NCBI RefSeq assembly: GCF_046295075.1
Contig: NZ_JBKBOC010000001.1
Span: 20,802 to 84,801, forward strand
Source: Brevundimonas sp.
GTDB taxonomy: Bacteria > Pseudomonadota > Alphaproteobacteria > Caulobacterales > Caulobacteraceae
Reading direction: 5' to 3'
DNA: 64,000 nt
This document shows positions 10,018 through 19,475 of the stretch, one piece after another. The position numbers and the translations under genes were made by a program. The stretch's first letter is position 1, and each line of letters starts with the position of its first letter. Under the pieces are notes generated by a model. That model searched no databases, was not told the DNA's origin, and saw only the letters and a list, made by a program, of their open reading frames with translations.

Positions 10018-11847
10018 ATGACCGTCGCCGCCTCAGACACCATGCCCCTGCGCGCCCTGCTGGCGCGAATCTGGCGCGACTATCTGTCCTTACACCGCTG
10101 GACCCTGTTCACAGCCATCGTATGCGCAGCCGTGACGGGGATATTGACCGTCACCTTGCTGCAATTGCTGCAACCCGCAGTGAACGGACTTTTCCTGGGC
10201 GGCGAACAGCCGGTCACACTGTTCAAGTACATCCATATCCAGGCCAAGCACGCTCTGATCGCGATCCCTATCGCCATACTTGCCGTAGCTCTCATCAGGA
10301 CGAGCACCGCCCTTCTACAGGCTGCACTGGTGAATCGTTTGGGGCACAGCATTGTCGGCGACATTCAAGTGCGTTTGTTCGGAGCCATGATTCGCGCCGA
10401 CCTGGCGCGACTGCGCAGCCAGCATTCCGGCGGTTTCGTCTCTTCGGTATTGTTCGACGCCAATCTGGTGCGCGAGGCTTTCACGTCAGGCGTGGTGACC
10501 TACACCCAAAACCTGCTGATGCTGATCGGCACGATCGTCTTCATGTTCTTCAATGACTGGCAGTTGGCGATGGTCGTGCTGCTGGGGGTGCCGCTGGTGG
10601 CGCTGGTGTTGCGTCGGTTCGGAAAACGAACGCGCAAGGCCGCGCGCGGCGCCATGGCCGAGACGGAGAACCTGTCCACCGCCCTGATGGAGAATATGGA
10701 CGGGGTTCGGCTGATCAAGATCGAAAACCGTGAGGCCGCTGAGGAAGATCGCGTCGCCGAGGTCGTGGCGCGTCGTCAACGCCACATCATCAAGGGCGCC
10801 AACGCCCGCGCCTTCGCAGGACCAGCCTCGGACATGGTCGCCTACGTTGTGGTGGCGGCGGTGCTGGCCTATGCCGGATGGCGGGCGCAGTCGGGCGAGA
10901 TGACGGTGGGCGGGTTCGCCGCCTTCATCGCCATGTTGCTGGCCGCCGGTCAGGCCCTGCGTCAGGTGACCAATCTGGCGACGGTGATGAGCGAGGGCTT
11001 CACCGCCGCGCGTCGCCTGTTCGGCGCCTTGGACATCGAGGCCGAGATCCGCGAGGCGCCGGACGCCGCGCCCCTGGCGCCTGGCCCGGTCGAGGTCGTG
11101 CTGGATCAGGTGTCGTTCGCCTATGCCCCCGGCGGGGCGCCGACGCTGGACGCCGTATCGCTGCGGGTCGCGCCGGGCGAGACCGTTGCCCTGGTCGGGC
11201 CGTCGGGCGGGGGCAAGAGCACGATCCTGAGCCTGTTGCCGCGCTTCTACGACGTGACGGGCGGGGCGGTGACGATCAACGGCGCCGACGTGCGGAGCCT
11301 GCGCATCCACGACCTGCGCGACCATATCGCCCTGGTGACGCAGGAGCCCTTCCTGTTCGACGACACCATCGCCGCCAACATCGCCTATGGCCGCCCGGGC
11401 GCCACCCGGGCCCAGATCGAGGAGGCCGCACGGTCGGCCGCCGCCCACGACTTCATCACAGCTTTGCCGCAAGGCTACGACACCCGCGCGGGCGAGGCGG
11501 GCCTGCGCCTGTCGGGCGGCCAGCGCCAGCGGATCGCCATCGCCCGCGCCTTCGTCAAGGACGCGCCCATCCTGTTGCTGGACGAGGCGACCAGCGCCCT
11601 GGATACCGAGAGCGAGGCCCTGGTGCAGGCGGCGCTGGAACGGCTGATGGAAGGCCGCGCCACCCTGATGATCGCCCACCGGCTGTCGACCGTTCGCAAC
11701 GCCGACCGCATCTATGTGATCGAGGCCGGCCGCGTGGTCGAGGAAGGGTCGCACGACGCCCTGGTCGCCAGGGGCGGCCTCTATTCCCGCCTGGCCCGCC
11801 AGCAGTCGCTGGACGGTGTCCCGGTCATTGTCGAGACCGTCGCGTGA
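10018..11847 (+). CDS. msbA: Lipid A flippase, ABC transporter permease/ATPase
   Basis: TMD plus NBD (GPSGGGKST, LSGGQRQR, LLLDEATSALD), directly upstream of lpxJ/waaA/lpxK. Confidence 0.9.
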   Translation: MTVAASDTMPLRALLARIWRDYLSLHRWTLFTAIVCAAVTGILTVTLLQLLQPAVNGLFLGGEQPVTLFKYIHIQAKHALIAIPIAILAVALIRTSTALLQAALVNRLGHSIVGDIQVRLFGAMIRADLARLRSQHSGGFVSSVLFDANLVREAFTSGVVTYTQNLLMLIGTIVFMFFNDWQLAMVVLLGVPLVALVLRRFGKRTRKAARGAMAETENLSTALMENMDGVRLIKIENREAAEEDRVAEVVARRQRHIIKGANARAFAGPASDMVAYVVVAAVLAYAGWRAQSGEMTVGGFAAFIAMLLAAGQALRQVTNLATVMSEGFTAARRLFGALDIEAEIREAPDAAPLAPGPVEVVLDQVSFAYAPGGAPTLDAVSLRVAPGETVALVGPSGGGKSTILSLLPRFYDVTGGAVTINGADVRSLRIHDLRDHIALVTQEPFLFDDTIAANIAYGRPGATRAQIEEAARSAAAHDFITALPQGYDTRAGEAGLRLSGGQRQRIAIARAFVKDAPILLLDEATSALDTESEALVQAALERLMEGRATLMIAHRLSTVRNADRIYVIEAGRVVEEGSHDALVARGGLYSRLARQQSLDGVPVIVETVA

Positions 11848-12527
11848 GGCCGCTGCGCAATCCCGTCATCCAGTCCGCCCTGGCCTGGGTCTTGGCGCAA
11901 TGGATGCGGTTCTGCTTCGCCACCATCCGCTGGACGCACGAGAACCGTTCGGTCGCCGATGAGGTCTGGCGCGCGGGCGGCGGGGTGCTGTGCGTCTTCT
12001 GGCATTCCCGTATCGGGCTAGCCCCCGCCTCATGGCCGCAGGGCGAGGCCCAACCGGCGAAGGGCTTGATCTCACTGTCGGCGGACGGCGAGTTCTTCGC
12101 CAAGGCCGTCGCGCGCCTGGGGATTCCCGCCGTGCGCGGATCGTCGGCTAACAAGGACAAGGCGGCGGCGGCCAAGGGCGGATCGCAGGCGCTGCGCGAC
12201 GGCTTGAAACAGTTGAAGGTCGGAGCCTTGGCCATCACGCCCGACGGGCCGCGTGGCCCTGCCAAGGTCATGGCCGAGGGCCTGCCGCTGATGGCGAAGA
12301 TGTCCAAGGCGCCGGCCCTGTTCATCGGCATCTCCTGCAGCCCGGCGATCCGGTTGAACAGCTGGGATCGCGGCGTCGTGCCTATGCCGTTCGGCAAGGG
12401 CGCCATCGTCTGGGACCGCGCGGACTATCCGCAAGGCGCCGACATGGCCGAGGTGATCGCCGACTGGACCGCACGGCTGAACGCCGTCGAGGCGCGGGCC
12501 GATGCGATCACGGGCCTCAAACCGTGA
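11844..12527 (+). CDS. lpxJ: DUF374 lysophospholipid acyltransferase (lipid A secondary acyltransferase LpxJ-like)
   Basis: GTG overlaps the msbA stop. Motifs FWH, SADGE, VRGSS and ITPDGPRGP. Confidence 0.82.
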   Translation: MRPLRNPVIQSALAWVLAQWMRFCFATIRWTHENRSVADEVWRAGGGVLCVFWHSRIGLAPASWPQGEAQPAKGLISLSADGEFFAKAVARLGIPAVRGSSANKDKAAAAKGGSQALRDGLKQLKVGALAITPDGPRGPAKVMAEGLPLMAKMSKAPALFIGISCSPAIRLNSWDRGVVPMPFGKGAIVWDRADYPQGADMAEVIADWTARLNAVEARADAITGLKP

Positions 12528-12537
12528 GGATGCAACC

Positions 12538-13830
12538 GTGACGCCCCTGCCGTTGATCGGCTATCGGCTGGCGACACGCGCGCTGGAGCCGCTGGCGCCG
12601 CGCCTGCTGGATGCGCGCGCGCGGCGGGGCAAGGAAGATCCCGTGCGGGTGGACGAGCGGATGGGCTTCACCAGAACCGATCGACCCGCCGGCGAACTGG
12701 TCTGGCTGCACGGCGTCAGCGTGGGCGAGAGCCTGTCGCTGCTGCCCGTGGTCGAGCGGTTCGTGAAGGCGCGGCCGGACCTGACGGTGCTGGTGACGTC
12801 CAGCACCGTGACTTCGGCTCAGATTCTGGCTCAGCGACTGCCCGAAGGCGTGATCCATCAGTATGCGCCGGTCGATGCGCCCGGCGTGGTTCAGCGGTTC
12901 CTGGATCACTGGCGGCCGGGCCTTGCGGTGTTCGTCGAGAGCGAGCTGTGGCCCAATCTGTTGCTGGAGGCGAAGCGGCGCGGCGTGAAACTGGCCTTGG
13001 TCAGCGCGCGGATCACCGAAAAGACGGTCGAGGGCTGGGCGCGGTTTCCGGCCTCGGCGCGGGCGCTGACCGGCGCCTTTGATCTGGTCCTGCCCCAGGA
13101 TGCGGTCTCGGCCCAGCGGCTGGAGGGCATGGGGGCGCGAATCGACGGCCTGGTGAACCTGAAGCTGTCGGGCGAGCCTTTGCCGCATGACCCGGCGGCC
13201 TTCAGCCGTCTGTCCGCCGCCATCGGCGACCGGCCGGTGATCGTCGCCGCCAGCACCCATGAGGGCGAGGAGGTCGCCATCGTGCGGGCGCTGGACAGGC
13301 TGGGCGATCGCGTCTGCCTGATCCTGGCGCCGCGCCACCCCGAGCGCGGACCGCACATTTCCCAGGCATTGCAGCGCGAGGGATACGCCTTCGCCATGCG
13401 GTCGCGCGGCGAGGTGATCGGGCCGGACACCGACATCTATCTGGCCGACACATTGAACGAGATGGGCCTGTTCCTGCGGCTGGCGGACGTGGTGGTGATG
13501 GGCGGCTCGTTTGCGCCCGCCCTGGGCCTGCCGCCGGTCGGGGGGCACAATCCGCTGGAGCCGGCGCGTCTGGGCAAGCCGACGATCACGGGACCGGATG
13601 CCTCCAACTGGGCGCCGGTGACCTCGGCCCTGGTCGAGGCGGGCGGGCTGGCTCTGGTTCAGGCGCCGTCCGACCTGCCCGGCGTGATCGCGCCGCTGCT
13701 GGCGGACCTGAACGCGGCCAAGGCCATGGGCGAGCGCGGACGCCGCGCATCGGTCGAAGCGGGTGGCGGACTGGATCGGCTGTGGGCGATGCTGGCCCCG
13801 CTGACGCCGCAGAGGCAGGCCCGGCGATGA
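12538..13830 (+). CDS. waaA: Kdo transferase
   Basis: Motifs WLHGVSVGE, ESELWPN, ASTHEGEE, APRHPER and GGHNPLEPA. Confidence 0.95.
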   Translation: MTPLPLIGYRLATRALEPLAPRLLDARARRGKEDPVRVDERMGFTRTDRPAGELVWLHGVSVGESLSLLPVVERFVKARPDLTVLVTSSTVTSAQILAQRLPEGVIHQYAPVDAPGVVQRFLDHWRPGLAVFVESELWPNLLLEAKRRGVKLALVSARITEKTVEGWARFPASARALTGAFDLVLPQDAVSAQRLEGMGARIDGLVNLKLSGEPLPHDPAAFSRLSAAIGDRPVIVAASTHEGEEVAIVRALDRLGDRVCLILAPRHPERGPHISQALQREGYAFAMRSRGEVIGPDTDIYLADTLNEMGLFLRLADVVVMGGSFAPALGLPPVGGHNPLEPARLGKPTITGPDASNWAPVTSALVEAGGLALVQAPSDLPGVIAPLLADLNAAKAMGERGRRASVEAGGGLDRLWAMLAPLTPQRQARR

Positions 13831-14843
13831 GGCTGAACACGCCGCGCTGGTGGTATGTCCGCGACAGCAACCATGCGCGGTTGACGCGCACCGTGCTGAA
13901 ACCGCTGGGCTGGATCTGGGCCGCCGTGACCGCGCGTCGGATCGCGCGGGCTGAGCCGGTCGATCCCGGCTGTGCGGTGATCTCGGTCGGCAATCTGACG
14001 GTGGGCGGATCGGGCAAGACGCCGGTTGCGCGCGAGACGCTGCGGCTGCTGCGGACGGCGGGGGTGGAGGCGCAAGGCCTGTCGCGCGGCTATGGCGGGC
14101 GGCTGGAAGGTCCCGTGCGGGTCGATCCCCAGGTCCACACGGCCGAGGATGTCGGGGACGAGCCGCTGATGCTGGCGCAGGGGTCGCCGACCTGGATCGC
14201 GCGGGACCGTGTGGCGGGCGCCAGGTCTGCGGTCGCGGGCGGGGCGCAGGCCCTGGTGCTGGACGACGGACACCAGAACCCGGCGCTGAAGAAGACCGTC
14301 AGCCTGATCGTCGTGGACGGCGAGACGCGCGGCGACGAATGGCCGTTCGGGGACGGATCGGTCTTTCCCTCAGGCCCGATGCGCGAGCCGTTGAAGGCCG
14401 GGCTGGCGCGCGCCGACGCCGTGGTGGTCATGCTGCCGACCGATGTCGAGGACGCCGATCCCGAACTGCTGGCGGTGTTCGGCGCCCTGCCTGTCTTCGT
14501 CGCGCGCCTGACGCCCGAGGGGCCGCCGCCGTCGGGGCCTCAGGTCGGGTTCGCCGGCATCGCCAAGCCGTGGAAGGTCGAACGGTCGCTGAAGGCGGCG
14601 GGCTGCGACTTGGCGGACTTCGTCCCCTTCCCCGACCATGCGGCCTATAGCGCCGCCGACCTGAAGTTCCTGACAGATCGAGCGGCGGTGTTCGACGCCG
14701 GTCTGGTGACCACGGAAAAGGACTGGGTGCGGCTGACGCCGGACCAGCGCGCGCTCGTGACGGCCTGGCCGGTCGTCGCCCGGTTCGAGGACGAGGCGGC
14801 TTTCGCCGCCTTCCTGACGAAGCGGATTCAGTCGGCGCGATAG
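13827..14843 (+). CDS. lpxK: Tetraacyldisaccharide 4'-kinase
   Basis: Motifs SVGNLTVGGSGKTP, SRGYGG, GDEP, LDDGHQ and TTEKD. Confidence 0.95.
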   Translation: MRLNTPRWWYVRDSNHARLTRTVLKPLGWIWAAVTARRIARAEPVDPGCAVISVGNLTVGGSGKTPVARETLRLLRTAGVEAQGLSRGYGGRLEGPVRVDPQVHTAEDVGDEPLMLAQGSPTWIARDRVAGARSAVAGGAQALVLDDGHQNPALKKTVSLIVVDGETRGDEWPFGDGSVFPSGPMREPLKAGLARADAVVVMLPTDVEDADPELLAVFGALPVFVARLTPEGPPPSGPQVGFAGIAKPWKVERSLKAAGCDLADFVPFPDHAAYSAADLKFLTDRAAVFDAGLVTTEKDWVRLTPDQRALVTAWPVVARFEDEAAFAAFLTKRIQSAR

Positions 14844-16153
14844 ACCACGCCGGACTTCATCACGAACCTCATCCGCTCCAGCTCGGTCACGTCGGACAGA
14901 GGGTCGCCCGCCACGGCGACGATGTCGGCGGGCATGCCCGGCGCGATCTTTCCGGCCTCGTTCGAAATCCGCAGATGTTCGGCGGCCCCGACGGTGGCGG
15001 CCTGAATAGCCTCCAGCGGGGTCAGGCCGGCGCGGACCAGAAGGGCGAACTCTTGCGCATTGTCGCCGTGGGCCGAGACGCCGCTGTCGGTGCCGAAGGC
15101 GATCTTGACCCCGCCCTCATGCGCGCGCCGCGCCATGTCCAGCATCTTGGGCCCGGCCTCCAGCGCCTTGGCCGTCTGGGCGGGTGTGAAGAAGTTGTCC
15201 GGGCCAGACGCGATGCGGGCCACGAAATCGCCGGCCAGCAGGGTCGGCACCAGCCAGGCGCCGTTCGACTTGAACAGACGGATCGACTGGTCGTCCAGAT
15301 AGGTGCCGTGTTCGATAGAATCGCCGCCTGCGCGCAGGAAGGCGTTGATCCCGTCCACCCCGTGGGCATGGGCCGTGACCTGACGCCCCATGCGGTGAGC
15401 GCTGTCGACGATGGCGGTCAGTTCGGGATCGCTGAACTGCTGGCCCAGACCGGCGGCGGTGTTGGACAGAACCCCGCCCGTGGCCGTGATCTTGATGATG
15501 TCGGCGCCGGCGCGAACCTGGGTGCGGACGGCGCGCATGCAGTCCTCTGGCCCCGAACAGATGCTCTCGGACGACAGCAGATGCATGACGTCGTCGCGAT
15601 AGCCGTTGATGTCGCCATGACCGCCGTGGATGGAAACCGACGATCCCGACGCGATGATGCGCGGCCCCGGCACGTCACCGGTCTTGACCGCATTCCTCAG
15701 CGCGAAGATCGCTTCGTTCGAGGCGCCCAAATCGGCCACCGTCGTGAAGCCGGCCATCAGGGTGCGGCGGGCGTAGCGGGCGCCGACCATGGCCTGGTCC
15801 GCGTCGGACAGCGTCACCTCTTCCAACCGCGAATTCGGGTTCTGCTGGCCGGTCAGATGGACGTGGCTGTCGATCAGTCCGGGCAGGACGAAGGCCTCCC
15901 TAAGGTCCACCACCTTGCCTTGAGAAGGGTCGCCTACGAAGCCGTCGCGCACTTCGACGACCTGGTTCCCTCTGATCACGAGAGTTTTACCGCGCTGCAC
16001 AACGCCGTTCGACGGGTCCGTCAGCAACCTTCCGGCCTCGACGAACGTTGTGGTGGGTTCCGATGAAACCCCAACGCCCGTGGGGCTTTGCTGGGCCTCA
16101 GCGCCCACGGCCGACGCCATCAGCGCGGCCAGCGCGATTCCGAAACGCTTCAT
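14828..16153 (-). CDS. Secreted metal-dependent amidohydrolase (peptidase-like)
   Basis: Signal peptide, PGLIDSHVH, AHAHG, IEHG and GTDSG. The 3' end overlaps the lpxK end. Confidence 0.88.
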   Translation of the reverse strand: MKRFGIALAALMASAVGAEAQQSPTGVGVSSEPTTTFVEAGRLLTDPSNGVVQRGKTLVIRGNQVVEVRDGFVGDPSQGKVVDLREAFVLPGLIDSHVHLTGQQNPNSRLEEVTLSDADQAMVGARYARRTLMAGFTTVADLGASNEAIFALRNAVKTGDVPGPRIIASGSSVSIHGGHGDINGYRDDVMHLLSSESICSGPEDCMRAVRTQVRAGADIIKITATGGVLSNTAAGLGQQFSDPELTAIVDSAHRMGRQVTAHAHGVDGINAFLRAGGDSIEHGTYLDDQSIRLFKSNGAWLVPTLLAGDFVARIASGPDNFFTPAQTAKALEAGPKMLDMARRAHEGGVKIAFGTDSGVSAHGDNAQEFALLVRAGLTPLEAIQAATVGAAEHLRISNEAGKIAPGMPADIVAVAGDPLSDVTELERMRFVMKSGVVYRAD

Positions 16154-16267
16154 CGATCTCTCCCCGCGACACGTTGGCCGCAAAATGGCCCCACAAGGCT
16201 CAGGTTGCCTCGGCCGTAACCAACTGAAACAAACACGCCTCAAGACCAACCGCAACGAGGGCGTCGC

Positions 16268-16960
16268 ATGCGGCTATCGAGACGAGGGCTAATTCTGGGT
16301 GGATCGGCCATGCTGGCGGGATGCGCCAGCGCAAGCGCCAAGGCGCCGCTGACCACGGCTCAGACCGGCGCCCCGATCGCGATGCCGCAGATCGGACTGC
16401 CGACGGTCCAGACCGCCACCCTGACGCCTCCGCCGCTGGATCCCCGCGGTCACGTTCGCAAGGAGCTGATGGAGCGCGCCATGACCGCGCTGGACACCCA
16501 TCACCGCCACCTGCCGCTGCGCGACCGGATGTATCTGGTCGATTTCCAGAAATTCTCGGGCGAGGAACGCCTTTACGAAGTCGATTTGGTCGCCGGCGAG
16601 GTCAAGGTCCTGCGCACCTGCCACGGTCGCGGGTCCGATCCGGCCCACACCGGCTTCGCCCAGCGGTTTTCGAACACGCCGGATTCGAACATGTCCTCGG
16701 TCGGCGCCTATGCGACCGCCGGCGCCAACTGGGGCGCACAGCAGGGACCGAACGTCTTGCTGGACGGACTGGAATACTCCAATGACAAGGCGCGCGAGCG
16801 GGCCATCATCATCCACGGCGCCGACTACGCCGATCCGGACTTTCTGGCGCGCGAAGGCAAGCTTGGCCGCAGCTATGGCTGTTTCTCGGTCGCCCACACC
16901 GACCTGCCTGCCTTGCGCGAACGCATGGGCGAAGGCCGGCTGCTGTTCGCGGCGGCTTAA
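16268..16960 (+). CDS. L,D-transpeptidase catalytic-domain (YkuD-like) Tat lipoprotein
   Basis: SRRGL Tat motif, LAGC lipobox, IIIHGADY and GRSYGCF. Confidence 0.85.
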   Translation: MRLSRRGLILGGSAMLAGCASASAKAPLTTAQTGAPIAMPQIGLPTVQTATLTPPPLDPRGHVRKELMERAMTALDTHHRHLPLRDRMYLVDFQKFSGEERLYEVDLVAGEVKVLRTCHGRGSDPAHTGFAQRFSNTPDSNMSSVGAYATAGANWGAQQGPNVLLDGLEYSNDKARERAIIIHGADYADPDFLAREGKLGRSYGCFSVAHTDLPALRERMGEGRLLFAAA

Positions 16961-16963
16961 GGT

Positions 16964-17239
16964 CTATCGCTCGGGCCTTCGGGCGGAGTGACGGATGGTG
17001 ACGACCTCCACCCGATTCGGCAGGATCGCGTAGCGGATCAGATAAGGCTTCACGAGGGTCAGCTCGCGCGTTCCATGGATGGCGGGCCGCCCTCTGTCCG
17101 CAAAATGCGCCAGGCTCTCGGCAGCCGCCTTCAATCGAATGAAGAAACGCGCTGCGGCGGCTGGATTAAAGTCGGCGATATAGAGGCTGATGTCCTCAAG
17201 ATCGCTCAGCGCCTGATCCGTCCAGACGACTAGCCGCAT
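16964..17239 (-). CDS. parE: RelE/ParE family toxin
   Basis: Pattern VVWTDQALSDLEDI...GR...TREL...PYLIRY...IRHSAR. Confidence 0.85.
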   Translation of the reverse strand: MRLVVWTDQALSDLEDISLYIADFNPAAAARFFIRLKAAAESLAHFADRGRPAIHGTRELTLVKPYLIRYAILPNRVEVVTIRHSARRPER

Positions 17240-17421
17240 TTCGGCCGGGGCAGCGGATTTGCCGTCGACCATGACTCGACCCAACGCATGACGGTTTCGT
17301 TGTCCACGACTCGCCCCGCCGCCGCGTCCGCCAGCCCCCGCAAGGTCGCCGCCTCGTCCGCCGCGTCGTCAGGCGTCGAGAACAGGTCTTCGTCGTCGTG
17401 ATCGATTGCAGGATCAGCCAT
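17230..17421 (-). CDS. Cognate acidic antitoxin (63 aa)
   Basis: Overlaps the toxin start. GLADAAAGRVVDNETVMRW..W...NPLPRP resembles the C-terminus of ParE-associated antitoxins. Confidence 0.75.
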   Translation of the reverse strand: MADPAIDHDDEDLFSTPDDAADEAATLRGLADAAAGRVVDNETVMRWVESWSTANPLPRPKCG

Positions 17422-17453
17422 GGGTCAAACCCTATCACACCCCGCCGATGGGG

Positions 17454-18728
17454 TCAGCCCCGGTCCAGCGCGCGCCAGCCGATGTCGGAGCGGTTGAAGC
17501 CGCCGGGCCAGTCGATCTTCCTGATGGCGTCATAGGCGCGTTCGCGCGCTTGGGTGATGTCGTCGCCCTCGGCGCAGACGTTCAGGACGCGACCGCCCGA
17601 GGCGGCCAGCAGTCCGTCTTCGCGGCGCTTCGTGCCGGCATGGAAGACCTGGACGTGAGGACCGAAGTCCTGATCGGCGCCGCGGATGATCGACCCTTCC
17701 AGCGGGCTGTCGGGATAGCCCTTGGCGGCCATGACCACGCAGATGACGGTCTGGGGCTTGAAGGCCGGGGACGCCAAACCCGAGACATCGCCGCGCGCGC
17801 AGCCCAGCAGATACGGAACGATGTCGCCCGCCATCCGCATCATCAGCACCTGACATTCCGGATCGCCAAATCGGGCGTTGAACTCGACCACCTTGGGGCC
17901 TTCGTCGGTCGCCATCAGACCGGCATAGAGGACGCCGCGATAGGGCGCGCCCTCCTCGGCCATCTTGCGGATGGTAGGCTGGACGATCAGGTCGTCGGCC
18001 TGCTGGACCAGGTCGGGCGTGAAGACGGGGGCGGGCGAATAGGCGCCCATGCCGCCGGTGTTCGGGCCCAGGTCGCCGTCGAAGGCGCGCTTGTGGTCCT
18101 GGGCGCCGCCGAACAGCAGGGCGCGCTGACCATCGCACAGGGCGAACAGCGAGCCCTCCTCGCCGTCCATGAACTCCTCGATCACGACGCGGGCGCCGGC
18201 CGCGCCGAAACGGCCGCCCAGCATCCGCTCGATCTCAGCCTCGGCGTCTGGGCGGTCGGGGCTGATGGCCACGCCCTTGCCCGCCGCCAGACCGTCAGCC
18301 TTGATCACGTAGGGCGGCTTGAACACGTCTAGAGCCGCCTTGGCGCCCTTGACCGTGTCATAGACGCCGTAGCCGGCGGTGGGGATTTCGTGGCGTTCGA
18401 GGAAGGCCTTGGAAAAAGCCTTGGAAACCTCCAGCTGCGCCGCCTTGGCCGTGGGGCCGAAACAGGGAATGCCGGCCGAGGCCAGACGGTCGGCCAGACC
18501 GGCGGCCAGAGCCACTTCGGGTCCGACCACGACCAGATCGGCCTTGATCTCACGCGCCAGGGCGGTCAGGCCGTCGGCGTCGTCGGCCTTGATGGCGCGA
18601 AGCTCGCACAGCTTCTCGATGCCGGGGTTGCCGGGCGCGGCGACCAGGCGCGTGACGAGCGGCGACTGGGCGATCTTCCAGGCCAGGGCGTGTTCGCGGC
18701 CGCCCGATCCGACGAGAAGAATGTTCAT
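17454..18728 (-). CDS. purD: Phosphoribosylamine--glycine ligase
   Basis: Motifs GSGGREHAL, KADGLAAGKGV, GPNTGGMGAYSP and EFNARFGDPE. Confidence 0.97.
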   Translation of the reverse strand: MNILLVGSGGREHALAWKIAQSPLVTRLVAAPGNPGIEKLCELRAIKADDADGLTALAREIKADLVVVGPEVALAAGLADRLASAGIPCFGPTAKAAQLEVSKAFSKAFLERHEIPTAGYGVYDTVKGAKAALDVFKPPYVIKADGLAAGKGVAISPDRPDAEAEIERMLGGRFGAAGARVVIEEFMDGEEGSLFALCDGQRALLFGGAQDHKRAFDGDLGPNTGGMGAYSPAPVFTPDLVQQADDLIVQPTIRKMAEEGAPYRGVLYAGLMATDEGPKVVEFNARFGDPECQVLMMRMAGDIVPYLLGCARGDVSGLASPAFKPQTVICVVMAAKGYPDSPLEGSIIRGADQDFGPHVQVFHAGTKRREDGLLAASGGRVLNVCAEGDDITQARERAYDAIRKIDWPGGFNRSDIGWRALDRG

Positions 18729-18802
18729 GAGACCGGGCAATGACCGGCCGTCGCCGGCCGGTCAAGCACCCGTCAGACTTAACGCCGCAATCCAGCGTCC
18801 AA

Positions 18803-19234
18803 TCAGCGCGCGGGAGGCGTCCAGGCCGGCAGGGCCTGAAGCTGGCCGGCCGTCAGGTCGGTGACCAGATCCCTGTCGCCGTTACGGTCGATTGGGGCCA
18901 CGTCGGCGACCGGCACCTGCACCTTCATGTCGCCCGGCCCTTCCAGCTCGATCACCAGATGGGTCAGGGCGCCTGAGGCGTCCAGCACCAGGGTTTCGAC
19001 ATCGCCCAGATCGACGTTGGCGCGTGAATACAGGTCCGCGTCCTCCAGTTGGTCGCGGGTCATGTTGAAGGCCAGGGCGGCGTTTGTCGCTGCCTTGTCA
19101 GCCTGTTGGTCCGGCAGGGCGACGGGCGCGGCGCCCGGCGCGGGTGCCTGGACGACATCGTCGTCGCGATCAGAACAGGCGGCGACGGCGCCGGTCAGGC
19201 AGAGGACGGCGGCGAGCGGAATAAGACGGTTCAT
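18803..19234 (-). CDS. PRC-barrel domain lipoprotein
   Basis: Lipobox VAAC; segment DLYSRANVDLGDVETLVLDASG resembles a PRC barrel. Confidence 0.7.
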   Translation of the reverse strand: MNRLIPLAAVLCLTGAVAACSDRDDDVVQAPAPGAAPVALPDQQADKAATNAALAFNMTRDQLEDADLYSRANVDLGDVETLVLDASGALTHLVIELEGPGDMKVQVPVADVAPIDRNGDRDLVTDLTAGQLQALPAWTPPAR

Positions 19235-19249
19235 GGGTTTCCTGACGAT

Positions 19250-19411
19250 CTAGAGCAGGGCGGAGGCGACATAGACGCCAAGCCCCAGCAGAATGATGCA
19301 GCCGATGATCAGCCACGGGCTCATGGCGCCGCCGCCTCCAGCGCGACGTTCGAGGTCACGCTCACGCGGGTTCTGGTCGGACGGATCGGTTCCGGGTGGG
19401 TCGGCTGCCAT
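19250..19411 (-). CDS. Unannotated 53-aa protein with a C-terminal TM helix
   Basis: Hand translation MAADPPGTDPSDQNPRERDLERRAGGGGAMSPWLIIGCIILLGLGVYVASALL*. It lies below the ORF-track cutoff and ends 15 nt before the next gene. Confidence 0.7.
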   Translation of the reverse strand: MAADPPGTDPSDQNPRERDLERRAGGGGAMSPWLIIGCIILLGLGVYVASALL

Positions 19412-19419
19412 GAAAGTCG

Positions 19420-19444
19420 AACGGTAAGGCGCGCGCGGCGTTCC
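19420..19444 (-). promoter_or_regulatory. SigT/EcfG general-stress promoter GGAAC-N16-CGTT
   Basis: Exact consensus on the minus strand, ending 8 nt before the ATG at 19411. Confidence 0.75.
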
Positions 19445-19475
19445 CGCGCGGATCGACGCAGGCTAGGATGGGCCG

